Origin: Deltaproteobacteria bacterium
GTDB taxonomy: Bacteria > Desulfobacterota > Desulfuromonadia > Desulfuromonadales > BM103
Assembly: GCA_024279915.1 (NCBI GenBank)
Contig: JAJRRB010000039.1
Span: forward strand, 652 to 64,651
Reading direction: 5' to 3'
DNA length: 64,000 nt
Positions 25,313-34,656 of the stretch are shown piece after piece. The notes under the pieces are model-generated. The model saw only the letters and a list, made by a program, of their open reading frames with translations. It was not told the origin of the DNA and made no database searches. Made by a program: the position numbers and the translations under genes. The stretch's first letter is position 1. Every line of letters starts with the position of its first letter.

Positions 25313-26122
25313 ATGTATGAAGCTTATTTTGGACTGCGTGAAAGGCCTTTCAGCAAAACTCCCGATCCGCGGTTTCTTTTCCTGAGCCATGGTCATCGCG
25401 AGGCCCTTGCTCGCATGCAGTATGCGGTTGAGGAGCGGGATCTGGTTCTGCTGACCGGCGAGATTGGTTGTGGCAAAACGACTCTGTCGCGTGCTCTGAT
25501 GGATACTCTTGATGACAGCTTCAAGGTCATCTGTTTGATCAACCCGCGTCTGACGCCGCTGGAGTTTTTACGCAGCCTGACGCGTCATCTCGGTGTTGAC
25601 GAGCCAGCACGCTTCAAAGTTGACCTGCTTGAACAGATAGGCAAAAAACTTTTCGAGTATTATGAGAACGGCATGACACCAGTCGTCGTTATTGACGAAG
25701 CGCAACTGGTTCCGCACAAGGAGACTTTTGACGAAATCAGGTTGTTGACCAACTTCCAGCTCGATGATCGCAACTTGATCAGTATTGTCCTTATGGGACA
25801 ACCAGAGTTAAAACGTCGGCTCAAACATCGTGCATATGAAGCATTGAGACAGCGGATCGGGATGCAATATGACTTGAAACCGCTCAACCTTGGGGAAACG
25901 GCTGAATATCTTGACTTCAGAATCATCAAGGCTGGTGGCCGAACGGGTCTGTTCAGTACGGTTGCGGTTGAGGCTATCTACGCATATTCTTCAGGAACGC
26001 CGCGCATGATTAATCATGCTGCTTCCCTGGCTCTGCTCGAATGTTTTGGCAGGGGAGAGGATCAGGTTGAAAAAGTGGTTATAGACGCAGTTATGTTGGA
26101 ACTGGAGAACTCTCTGAGTTAA
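25313..26122 (+). CDS. ExeA/GspA/MshM-like AAA ATPase
   Basis: MYEAYFGLRERPFSKTPDPRFLF.. with Walker A GEIGCGKTT and Walker B VVVIDEAQ matches the ExeA-type N-terminal ATPase architecture (269 aa, with no PG-binding extension). Confidence 0.75.
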   Translation: MYEAYFGLRERPFSKTPDPRFLFLSHGHREALARMQYAVEERDLVLLTGEIGCGKTTLSRALMDTLDDSFKVICLINPRLTPLEFLRSLTRHLGVDEPARFKVDLLEQIGKKLFEYYENGMTPVVVIDEAQLVPHKETFDEIRLLTNFQLDDRNLISIVLMGQPELKRRLKHRAYEALRQRIGMQYDLKPLNLGETAEYLDFRIIKAGGRTGLFSTVAVEAIYAYSSGTPRMINHAASLALLECFGRGEDQVEKVVIDAVMLELENSLS

Positions 26123-26126
26123 AGCT

Positions 26127-26903
26127 ATGGATATCGCAGAAATACGAAAAAAAGCAAAGGGGCAGCCCACAGTTCAGGTCAAGGCTCAGGATGAGAGTAA
26201 TGGTCTGGCAATGGCCGATAGCTTTGTTATCGAGCCAGCAGGGCCGCAGGCTTCAGAGTCAGCACAGGAACCTCTTGAAGTGCAGGACGAGGCCACAGGT
26301 GTTGCGACGTTATCAGATCCATTGGTTACCTCTGGAGAGGCTCTGGTTGCGACCCAGAAGCCTGGCGATGGGCTGGACCGACTCTTTGCTGCAACGGAAG
26401 AGTTTGTCATGGCTACGGATGAATCGTATGCGGACATTCTTGATGAGAAGGTAGATGCTCAAGCTCAAAGTAGTTGTCAGTATCTTGCTTTTCATCTTTG
26501 TGACGAGGAATATGCGCTGGACATCAGGAGAATTAGCGAGATAATCAAAGTCAGAGAATTTACTGATATTCCCAGGACTCCTGAGTTTATTCTGGGGATT
26601 ATTTCCCTACGTGGTGTTGTTGTTCCGGTTTTTGACCTGCGTTGTCGGCTTAATCTTGGTAAATCAGAGACAACATCGGCCTCTCGTATTGTTGTTTGTC
26701 AGCTTGATGACGTCACTGTCGGACTTTTGGTTGATAGTATAAATCAGGTCGTTAATCTCACTGATGCTGAAATCGAACCGCCACCGGGAGTTTTGGCTGG
26801 TGTGGACCGTGAGATGGTTTCCGGGATTGGTCGCTATCAGGGGCGCATGATTATTTTACTGAATTTGCATAGTGCATTGAACGTTGAACAGGATGAGTGT
26901 TGA
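26127..26903 (+). CDS. cheW: CheW-like coupling protein with ~110-aa acidic low-complexity N-terminal extension
   Basis: The C-terminal half (YLAFHLCDEEYALDIRRISEII...ISLRGVVVPVFDLR...VGLLVDSINQV) is a CheW domain. Confidence 0.85.
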   Translation: MDIAEIRKKAKGQPTVQVKAQDESNGLAMADSFVIEPAGPQASESAQEPLEVQDEATGVATLSDPLVTSGEALVATQKPGDGLDRLFAATEEFVMATDESYADILDEKVDAQAQSSCQYLAFHLCDEEYALDIRRISEIIKVREFTDIPRTPEFILGIISLRGVVVPVFDLRCRLNLGKSETTSASRIVVCQLDDVTVGLLVDSINQVVNLTDAEIEPPPGVLAGVDREMVSGIGRYQGRMIILLNLHSALNVEQDEC

Positions 26904-26934
26904 GTTTTATTGACGCTTTCGCAAGGAGATTGTT

Positions 26935-27303
26935 GTGATAAAGAAAAAAATTCTGATCGTTGAAGATGAAGAGAGCTTGCTCAAGTTGGAAAGTATCCTG
27001 CTGACCTCTAAAGGCTATGATGTCCATGGCGTCGGCGACGGTCAGGCCGCACTTGACGCGATTGCCAAGGTTAAGCCGGATCTGGTCCTACTTGATATCA
27101 TGCTACCGGAAATTGACGGTTTTGAAGTCTGTCGGCGTATCAAAGCGGATGATGAGACTAAGAACATCCCAGTGGTTATGCTAACGGCCAAGAAAAGTCG
27201 TGAAGACATGGCCCGTGGCGAGCAGGTCGGTGCTGACTGGTACATCACCAAGCCGTTTAAATCGGCCATGGTCATTGAAACTATCCAGAGATTTATTGAC
27301 TGA
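26935..27303 (+). CDS. Single-domain response regulator (receiver)
   Basis: The motifs ILIVEDEE, DLVLLDIMLPEIDGFEV, VVMLTAK and YITKPF mark a receiver domain. GTG start. Confidence 0.88.
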   Translation: MIKKKILIVEDEESLLKLESILLTSKGYDVHGVGDGQAALDAIAKVKPDLVLLDIMLPEIDGFEVCRRIKADDETKNIPVVMLTAKKSREDMARGEQVGADWYITKPFKSAMVIETIQRFID

Positions 27304-27305
27304 TT

Positions 27306-27818
27306 ATGTCTATGCATGCCGATGAAATATCTCTAGCTGGGGCTGATGAAAAAGTACAACGTCAAGAGATTCAGCTTGCCTGCTTTAAGGTTGGGCTGGA
27401 GTTGTATGCTCTGGATATAATGAAGATTAAGGAAATAATCCGTCCGCAAAAGTTGACGGCCATTCCCAAAGCACCATCCTTTATCGAAGGTGTCATTAAC
27501 CTGCGTGGTGCAGTGATCCCGGTTGCTGATATGCGCAAGCGCTTTGACCAGCCCATCAGTAAAGAAAATCGCAAGAATCGTATTGTGGTCTGCTCACTCG
27601 CTGGCAAGATTATCGGTTTGCTGGTCGATGAGGTGACCGAGGTGAAACGCTTCAGTCGCCAGGAAATTGCGCCAGCTCCCCAGTTTATCAAAGGTCCCAA
27701 CGCTGATTATTTCCTCGGTGTTGCTCGCCGCGATGACGATTTGATTATGCTGATTGACTTGGAAAAAGTCCTTTCAACTGACGAAAAAATCGAACTACAG
27801 AAATTGAGTCACGAATAA
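27306..27818 (+). CDS. cheW: CheW coupling protein
   Basis: LACFKVGLELYALDIMKIKEII...INLRGAVIPVADMR...IGLLVDEVTEV. Confidence 0.9.
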   Translation: MSMHADEISLAGADEKVQRQEIQLACFKVGLELYALDIMKIKEIIRPQKLTAIPKAPSFIEGVINLRGAVIPVADMRKRFDQPISKENRKNRIVVCSLAGKIIGLLVDEVTEVKRFSRQEIAPAPQFIKGPNADYFLGVARRDDDLIMLIDLEKVLSTDEKIELQKLSHE

Positions 27819-27887
27819 ATACGACAGACTCTTAGTCCAGAAGCATGTTTGTGCCGAAATTACCAGTCTCCCTGTTGAGGTTTGTTG

Positions 27888-28808
27888 ATGATTGTAAAAT
27901 GTCCTGCCTGTGCTGCCCGCTTCCGTCTGGATCGTAAAAAACTGGCCGGGAAACGGGTTACATTGCGTTGCGCTCGCTGTCGAAGCCCATTCAAAGTAGA
28001 GCTTCCGCATAGTCGCTCTGTTCAAAATGAGAAAAAAGTTAGAGTCATGATTGCCCATAGTGATCGTGAGCTATGTGGAACGATCAGAGATATTGTCGAA
28101 CATGCTGGTTATGAGGGTGTGCTTGGCCACGATGGCAGAGAAGTCCTTGCGGCGATGGACGCAGTACGTCCTCAGGTTATTGTTGTTGACGTTGCCCTAC
28201 AGGGGCTCTATGCCTTTGAAGTGGTTGATACGCTCAGGCGGCGGCCCGGGCTCGATAACGTTAAGATTATTCTTTTGCCTTCCGTTTACAACAAGGCGGC
28301 TTATAAACGCCAACCTAATTCGCTCTATGGTGCCGATGATTATATTGAAAAACACCACATCCCCGATGACTTGATTCTCAAAATAAATCGTCTTCTGGTT
28401 GGTGCTTCTGAAGCTGTTGCCCCCGCTGAGAAAGGTGAAGTGGAAGAGGCGGGCAAACAGTTGTCAGCCGCTGAAAATGTCTCTCAGTCGCTTGATTTTA
28501 TTCACTCTGTTAACAAGAAGATCCAGACGGCTGAAGATCATGAAGTCTCCGCAGACGGTGTTCCCGTGCGTGAGCGTGCTGAGCGGTTTGCCCGCATCAT
28601 TGTTGCTGATATCTCACTCTATTATCAGAACCGTATTGATGAGGGAATCCTTGAAGGCAACTGGTCGGAACTGTTGGCTACGGAAATCAAAGAGGCAAGG
28701 CGTTTGTTCAGCGAACGATTCCCCGACCCTGTCATCCAAAACAGTAAAATTCTGGAGGCTACCTTTCTTGATCTGTTGGAAAGACGGAGTCGGGAATTGG
28801 GGGTTTAG
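27888..28808 (+). CDS. MJ0042-type zinc-ribbon protein fused to a degenerate receiver-like domain and an uncharacterised C-terminal domain
   Basis: MIVKCPACAARFRLDRKKLAGKRVTLRCARCRSPF supplies CxxC...CxxC. Then VRVMIAHSD...VIVVDVALQGLYAFEVV, where the receiver fold lacks the acidic pocket and phospho-Asp context. The C-terminal ~110 aa are unassigned. Confidence 0.65.
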   Translation: MIVKCPACAARFRLDRKKLAGKRVTLRCARCRSPFKVELPHSRSVQNEKKVRVMIAHSDRELCGTIRDIVEHAGYEGVLGHDGREVLAAMDAVRPQVIVVDVALQGLYAFEVVDTLRRRPGLDNVKIILLPSVYNKAAYKRQPNSLYGADDYIEKHHIPDDLILKINRLLVGASEAVAPAEKGEVEEAGKQLSAAENVSQSLDFIHSVNKKIQTAEDHEVSADGVPVRERAERFARIIVADISLYYQNRIDEGILEGNWSELLATEIKEARRLFSERFPDPVIQNSKILEATFLDLLERRSRELGV

Positions 28809-28839
28809 GGTCGGGTGAAGCATTAGAGGAACAGGAAGA

Positions 28840-30852
28840 ATGATGGAAAAAAATGAACACATTACCAGTGCATTGAATTCCCCGGACGAAGAAATCCGCT
28901 TGCAGGGGTTGCGTGATCTGGCTGCTGGCGATCCACTTGCTGGGCTTGATTTGGTCTTTGCGGCCTTTGGTGATGTCAGTTGGCGAGTGCGCAAACAGTC
29001 GATTGACTTATTTCTGAGTATGCCTGTCAGTCGTGAGTTAGTCGGTGAAATTATTGAACTACTCCATGCCGAAGAAAATGCCGGTTTGCGTAATGCCGCA
29101 GTTGAAACCTTGACCCGTATTGGCAGGGATGCTGTGCCGATGCTCCTGAGCCAGGCCCGTTGTCCTGATCACGATGTCCGTAAATTTATGATCGATATCC
29201 TTGGCGACATTGCTGATCCTGAGGCCATTCCAATGCTGATCCGTGGTCTTGAGGATGATGACAGCAATGTGCGCGCTGCGGCAGCTGAGAACCTCGGTAA
29301 GTTGAAAACAGCAGAAGCTGTACCTGCTCTACTTAAAGCCATGCAGCATCCGGATCTTTTACTTCAATTTACTATTCTTGATGCCTTGAGCCGAATCGCT
29401 GCACCTGTCTCTCTCTCGGCACTTCTTCCCTATAAAAATGAGAAGCTACTACGCAAGGCGCTGATTGACTGCCTTGGCAAGGCAGGAGATGCCACGGCAA
29501 TCAGTGAGCTGGTTGCAGCTTTGACAGACTCCATGCGCAATGTACGTGAGGCCGCTGTCCTGGCTCTGGTAGACTCTTATGAACGTCATCCGGAGCAAGT
29601 CAAAGAGCACTTGTCCGGTTGTGAAAAAGGGCCTGCTGCTGCTGTTGTCTCCAGTTACCTTGATGATGAATTTAATGATTCGCTAAAACGGGCGTCAATC
29701 AGAATTCTTGGTTGGCTTGGCGCTGCTGATGTGGTTGAGCCCCTGTTGCGATTGCTGGAATATGAATCTCTGCAACAGGAGGCACTCGCTGCCCTTGTCG
29801 ATATCGGCTGTGCCAACTGCCAGGCGTTGATTGGGACATGGCCTGTTGTTGATGGTCCACAGCGCGCCTATCTTGCCTATGTTCTGGGTGAGTCAGGCTG
29901 TTCCGAAGGGTTGTCGCTGCTGCAACAAGGCTTGCACGATGTTGATCAGCAAATTGTTCGCATGTCTGCCTATGCTCTTGGTAAAATTGGGGCAACTCAG
30001 ATGTTGCCGGATCTGGTTGCTTGTCTGCAGAGTCATTCCAACGAAGTACAGGAAGCAGCATCGCAGGCTTTGGTTGCTTTGGGACAGAAATCCCCGGATG
30101 AAACGTTCGCTGCATTGCATCCGCTTTTGGCTCACAGTGATCCTGTGCAAAGAATGTTTGCGGTGATGGTCTTAAGAGAACTGGACAACCCTGCTGTTCT
30201 GGATGCTCTGAGTCTGGCCATCAAGGACTCTGCCGTCGAGGTTAGAAGAGCTGCAGTTAAAGTCTTTGAGCGTTATGACGTTGGTGAACATATCAGCACG
30301 CTACTTCTCTCTTTAACAGATGAGGACGCCGAGGTCCGCCGGGCGGTCGTTGAAATCCTTGGTAATTGCAATGATGAGGATGCTCTTGATGGCTTGCAAC
30401 TTGCCTTGCAGGATGAGGATGTCTGGGTTAGGTCTTCCGCTGTGCGTGGCCTGGCCCGTATCGCCGGTGAAAGTTGCATACCACTGGTGGAACAGGCTCT
30501 GACTGATCCTGTCGGGCTGGTAAGTATTGCGGCGCTCGAAACTCTGGCTGATCTTGCTGGTGCCAATGCCTGCCCGCAAATGATCGCTGCTCTGGATCAT
30601 GCAGACGAGGAGGTTGTGACAGCGGCCATGAACCTCTTGACCCATTATGGAGCAGGGAGCTGGATTAATGCTCATGGCGAGAGGTTGATTAATCACCCTT
30701 TCTGGGTGGTTCGAGCGCAGATCGCCAGGAGTGCTGTTGAAGTGCTTGGTACGAGCTCACGTGCCCTGCTGGAAGCCCGATTAGCTGTTGAAACTGAGGA
30801 AGTGGTCCGTCAGCAGTTGACAGAGCTGCTTGCCGAACTACCAGTGAACTGA
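28840..30852 (+). CDS. HEAT-repeat (PBS-lyase-like) protein, ~670 aa
   Basis: Roughly 18 tandem ~31-aa repeats of the form D..VR..A...LG.(I/L)... (e.g. DHDVRKFMIDILGDIADPEAIPML; DSNVRAAAAENLGKLKTAEAVPAL). Confidence 0.8.
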   Translation: MMEKNEHITSALNSPDEEIRLQGLRDLAAGDPLAGLDLVFAAFGDVSWRVRKQSIDLFLSMPVSRELVGEIIELLHAEENAGLRNAAVETLTRIGRDAVPMLLSQARCPDHDVRKFMIDILGDIADPEAIPMLIRGLEDDDSNVRAAAAENLGKLKTAEAVPALLKAMQHPDLLLQFTILDALSRIAAPVSLSALLPYKNEKLLRKALIDCLGKAGDATAISELVAALTDSMRNVREAAVLALVDSYERHPEQVKEHLSGCEKGPAAAVVSSYLDDEFNDSLKRASIRILGWLGAADVVEPLLRLLEYESLQQEALAALVDIGCANCQALIGTWPVVDGPQRAYLAYVLGESGCSEGLSLLQQGLHDVDQQIVRMSAYALGKIGATQMLPDLVACLQSHSNEVQEAASQALVALGQKSPDETFAALHPLLAHSDPVQRMFAVMVLRELDNPAVLDALSLAIKDSAVEVRRAAVKVFERYDVGEHISTLLLSLTDEDAEVRRAVVEILGNCNDEDALDGLQLALQDEDVWVRSSAVRGLARIAGESCIPLVEQALTDPVGLVSIAALETLADLAGANACPQMIAALDHADEEVVTAAMNLLTHYGAGSWINAHGERLINHPFWVVRAQIARSAVEVLGTSSRALLEARLAVETEEVVRQQLTELLAELPVN

Positions 30853-30860
30853 CCCAATAG

Positions 30861-31742
30861 ATGTTATTCCTGACTCCTGAAATACCGATGAGTACTGATG
30901 AATTTCGCTTGCTGCGAGATTTCGTCTACCAGCATTGCGGGTTGAACTTTACCGAAGATTCCAAATATTTGTTGGAAAGACGCTTGGGTAAGCGCCTGCA
31001 GTTACACAATCTGAAGACGTTTAAGGATTATTATTATTTTTTACGCTACAACCCGAACAAAGATCAGGAGCTCTCAGAGGTTATCGATCAGTTGACGACC
31101 AACGAGACCTACTTCTTTCGGGAAGATTTTCAACTCCGCACCTTTGTTGAAGACGTCCTGCCGGAAATTCGCAAGCGTAAAGAGCTTGAAGGTAAGAAGC
31201 CTCTGCGGATCTGGAGTGCAGGCTGTTCTTCTGGCGAAGAGCCTTATACGATTGCTATGTTGCTCCTTAACCTGCCTTGGCTGAAATCCTGGCGCATTGA
31301 AGTTATAGGTACCGACATCAGCCAACGGGTTCTGCGTATGGCCCGCGAAGGTGTCTACGGTGAGGCCTCTTTCCGCAGTACGGATGCTTTACTGAAACAG
31401 CAGTTTTTTGTCGATCATGAGGGAAAATCACGTATTAAGGATGAAGTCAGAAACCTGGTTTCTATCAGTCATCTTAACCTTTTTGATACAACACGGATTG
31501 CTCTGTTGGGCAAGATGGATGTGATCTTCTGCCGTAATGTCATTATTTACTTCGACCCGGCTGGAAAAAAGAATGTTATTGAAAACTTCTTCCAGAGGCT
31601 GGTTCCTGATGGTTTCTTATTGTTGGGTCACTCTGAGTCTTTGATTAATCTGAGCACCTCCTTTCAGTTGCGACATTTCCAGCATGATATGGTTTACCAG
31701 AAACCTCTGATGACAAATAGACTTTCCGGGGGGTTGTTATGA
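30861..31742 (+). CDS. cheR: Chemotaxis protein methyltransferase CheR
   Basis: TNETYFFRE, RIWSAGCSSGEEPYTIAM, FCRNVIIYFD. The start may be at 30888 (MSTDEF..). Confidence 0.9.
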   Translation: MLFLTPEIPMSTDEFRLLRDFVYQHCGLNFTEDSKYLLERRLGKRLQLHNLKTFKDYYYFLRYNPNKDQELSEVIDQLTTNETYFFREDFQLRTFVEDVLPEIRKRKELEGKKPLRIWSAGCSSGEEPYTIAMLLLNLPWLKSWRIEVIGTDISQRVLRMAREGVYGEASFRSTDALLKQQFFVDHEGKSRIKDEVRNLVSISHLNLFDTTRIALLGKMDVIFCRNVIIYFDPAGKKNVIENFFQRLVPDGFLLLGHSESLINLSTSFQLRHFQHDMVYQKPLMTNRLSGGLL

Positions 31743-32821
31743 ACTCATCCAAAGTCAGGGCGCTGGTTATAGACGATTCTGCTTTTAATCGTCGCACTAT
31801 TGTCAAGATGCTGGAGTCGTTGCCAAACGTTGAAGTTGTCGGCTATGCCTGTGATGGAGAGGAGGGTTTGCGCAAGGTGATTGATTTGCGCCCGGATCTG
31901 ATCACCCTCGATCTTGAAATGCCGCGCATGGATGGCTTCACTCTATTGCGCATCGTTATGCAGAAACAGCCTACGCCTATTATCGTTGTTTCTTCACGAT
32001 CCGATGATGAGGATGTTTTCAAGGCTCTTGAGCTTGGAGCTGTCGAGTTTGTGCCAAAACCGTCTTCAAAGGTTTCGCCCATCCTTATGAATATTCGTGA
32101 AGAGCTGCTGGCGAAAGTCCGGGAAGTCACATCTGCCAATCTGAAGAATGTTATGGCTCGCACCAATACGGCCAGCCAACAGCGCGATAAGGTGCCAAAA
32201 CGTTCAGCCAGGCTCAATGCCTTTACAGATGCTGTTCGTCAGGATTTTCGTATGGTTGTGATTGGTTCTTCAACTGGTGGTCCGCCAGCTTTGCAGAATA
32301 TTTTTTCTGCCATTCAGGATGAAATCCCTGTTGCCTTTGCCGTTGCTCAACATATGCCGCCAGATTTTACCCGTGCTTTTGCCGAACGACTCAACCGTTT
32401 CTCAGCCCTCAAAATACGTGAGGCAGAAAATGGGGATGTTGTCAGACCGGGCGAGGTATTGATTGCCCCCGGTGGCAAAAATCTTGAGTTCTTTCCACAA
32501 GGCTCAGATATCATTGCCAAAGTTTCTGAACCGAAAGGTCACCAGCGTTATCTGCCGTCAGTAGATACCATGTTCTCGAGCGCTGCGATGATTTTCGGCC
32601 GTCGCTTGCTTGGTGTCGTGCTGACCGGGATGGGCAATGACGGGGCTATGGGGGTGCATGCTATAAAACAGAATGGTGGTTCTGCATTCGCTGAAGCTGA
32701 AGAGAGTTGTGTGGTCTTTGGCATGCCGAAAGAAGCCATTGCGACTGGCATGGTTGATCAGGTCATTGCTTTGCCCCTGATCTGTAAGGAGATTCTGCAC
32801 TCGTGCGGATATGGCCACTGA
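31739..32821 (+). CDS. cheB: Chemotaxis response regulator protein-glutamate methylesterase CheB
   Basis: An N-terminal receiver (VIDDSAFNR...LITLDLEMPRMDG) plus an esterase domain (GSSTGGPPAL, HMPPDFT, LTGMGNDGA). ATGA overlap with cheR. Confidence 0.93.
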   Translation: MNSSKVRALVIDDSAFNRRTIVKMLESLPNVEVVGYACDGEEGLRKVIDLRPDLITLDLEMPRMDGFTLLRIVMQKQPTPIIVVSSRSDDEDVFKALELGAVEFVPKPSSKVSPILMNIREELLAKVREVTSANLKNVMARTNTASQQRDKVPKRSARLNAFTDAVRQDFRMVVIGSSTGGPPALQNIFSAIQDEIPVAFAVAQHMPPDFTRAFAERLNRFSALKIREAENGDVVRPGEVLIAPGGKNLEFFPQGSDIIAKVSEPKGHQRYLPSVDTMFSSAAMIFGRRLLGVVLTGMGNDGAMGVHAIKQNGGSAFAEAEESCVVFGMPKEAIATGMVDQVIALPLICKEILHSCGYGH

Positions 32822-33069
32822 CCATGAGGTTGCCGGGCTATGGCGTTCAGTAGCGAGTTTATCTGCTCTGTACTTGTAAGTCAGTGCATGATTATTAACT
32901 CTGGATATTTTTCAGTAGGATTGTTATTATCCACAGGTTTTAGCTAGTGACCAAACTAGGAACTTATGCTGCATCCGCCCAGCGATTCAAGATGGGGCTT
33001 AAACATAGGAACCTGACGCGTTACGCGTTGTCAGCTTCGACAGGCAGTTGAGAATAATAAACGAGGAGT

Positions 33070-33906
33070 ATGTTCATGAGTCATCATGACGAAGAAACAG
33101 ACGCAGCTAGCCGTGCAGACGAATTTCTGCAGGTTTTTAAGAAGGGAGCTGAGTTCACTCAGGATCTTCTCAAGGAAAACGAGCGGCTCAGATTTCGTGT
33201 CGTTAAGCTGGAGGAAACCCTTAAGGAAAAGGGCTATGACACTGTCGACGAATCTCCTGATGCTATTGAACTGAAGAAGAAAATCGCGGCCCTGGAGCAA
33301 GAGAAAGAAGAAATCCTGGGGCAAATAAAGGTTGTTGAAGAGGAAAACCTGAATTTTGCAAATCGGTATGTTGAGATTGAAGAAGAGAATAACATGCTCG
33401 CCAATCTCTACATTGCTTCCTACCAGTTGCACTCTACTCTTGATTTCAAAGAAGTACTGCAGATCATTCTTGAAATTGTCATCAATCTGATTGGCGCTGA
33501 AGAATTCGGCGTGCTGCTTTTGGATGAGAAAACCAACCGTCTCGAACCTGTCGCCAGTGAGGGCCTTGTGACCTCAGAATTGCCTTCTGTTGCAGTTGGC
33601 AAAGGGATTATAGGTGAGGCCGTCCATTCCGGTGAAAACTACTTTATTGATTCGATGGAAGGTTATGAACGGGATTTTGAAAAGCCGATTGTCTGCATTC
33701 CACTCAAAATTAAGGATCATGTCATCGGTGTGATTGCGATCTACAAGTTGTTTACCCAAAAAGATGAATTCACCAATGTCGATTATGAACTTTTTACCCT
33801 GTTGGCCGGCCACGCAGCTACGGCGGTTTTCTCATCGAGGATGTATTCCGACTCTGAGCGGAAACTATCGACCATTCAGGGCTTTATTGATTTGCTGACC
33901 AAATAA
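33070..33906 (+). CDS. Coiled-coil + GAF-domain protein
   Basis: The N-terminal ~110 aa are heptad-rich (LKENERLRFRVVKLEETLKEK...EEENLNFANRYVEIEEENNMLANLY). A GAF-like fold follows (VLQIILEIVINLIGAEEFGVLLLDE...CIPLKIKDHVIGVIAIY). Confidence 0.7.
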   Translation: MFMSHHDEETDAASRADEFLQVFKKGAEFTQDLLKENERLRFRVVKLEETLKEKGYDTVDESPDAIELKKKIAALEQEKEEILGQIKVVEEENLNFANRYVEIEEENNMLANLYIASYQLHSTLDFKEVLQIILEIVINLIGAEEFGVLLLDEKTNRLEPVASEGLVTSELPSVAVGKGIIGEAVHSGENYFIDSMEGYERDFEKPIVCIPLKIKDHVIGVIAIYKLFTQKDEFTNVDYELFTLLAGHAATAVFSSRMYSDSERKLSTIQGFIDLLTK

Positions 33907-33922
33907 ACTGGGGAGAATTTCC

Positions 33923-34297
33923 ATGACTGGCTATAAGGTTCTTGTTGTTGAAGATTCACCCACCATGCGACAGTTGATTGTCTTTGCGTTGAAGCGTATT
34001 CGTGGCTTCCAGATTGTTGAGGCCAACGATGGCGTGGATGGTCTGAAAAAGCTGAGCGCAGAGAAGTTTGACCTCATTCTTACCGATATCAATATGCCGA
34101 TTATGGATGGCTTGAAGTTGGTGAGTATGGTTCGCAATGATCCGAACTATAAAGAAACGCCGATCATCGTCATCACCACGGAAGGGGCGACAGAAGATCG
34201 TGAAAGAGCCTTGGCTCTGGGCGCCAATGAATATATTACCACGCCGATCCAGACGATGAAGATTCTGGAAACGGGGAAAAAACTCATGAGTGTCTGA
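33923..34297 (+). CDS. cheY: CheY-like single-domain response regulator
   Basis: VLVVEDSPTMRQL, DLILTDINMPIMDGLKL, IVITTEG, ANEYITTP. Confidence 0.88.
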   Translation: MTGYKVLVVEDSPTMRQLIVFALKRIRGFQIVEANDGVDGLKKLSAEKFDLILTDINMPIMDGLKLVSMVRNDPNYKETPIIVITTEGATEDRERALALGANEYITTPIQTMKILETGKKLMSV

Positions 34298-34331
34298 TCC
34301 TCAGTTAACGTAGCAATATCAGGAGGCTGGT

Positions 34332-34550
34332 TTGTCAAAAGAAGAAGCAATTGAAGTAGAAGGTAGTGTTATAGAGCCATTGCCAAATGCAATGTTCAAG
34401 GTTGAGCTCGATAACGGGCACGTTGTTCTGGCACATATTTCCGGGAAAATGCGTAAATATTATATCCGCATTCTACCTGGGGATCGGGTGACGGTAGAGC
34501 TTTCGCCTTATGACCTTACCCGTGGTCGCATTACCTATCGCGCCAAGTAA
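34332..34550 (+). CDS. infA: Translation initiation factor IF-1
   Basis: [72 protein letters not shown] start after AGGAGG. Confidence 0.95.
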   Translation: MSKEEAIEVEGSVIEPLPNAMFKVELDNGHVVLAHISGKMRKYYIRILPGDRVTVELSPYDLTRGRITYRAK

Positions 34551-34656
34551 TCTGGTTTTCAGGTGGTCCTGCAGATTTGTTGAACTTCTGCAGAGACCTT
34601 GCCTATGAGAATAACCGGCTTATGCCGGTTTTCATGTTTCAGGTCGCGGAGGAAGT

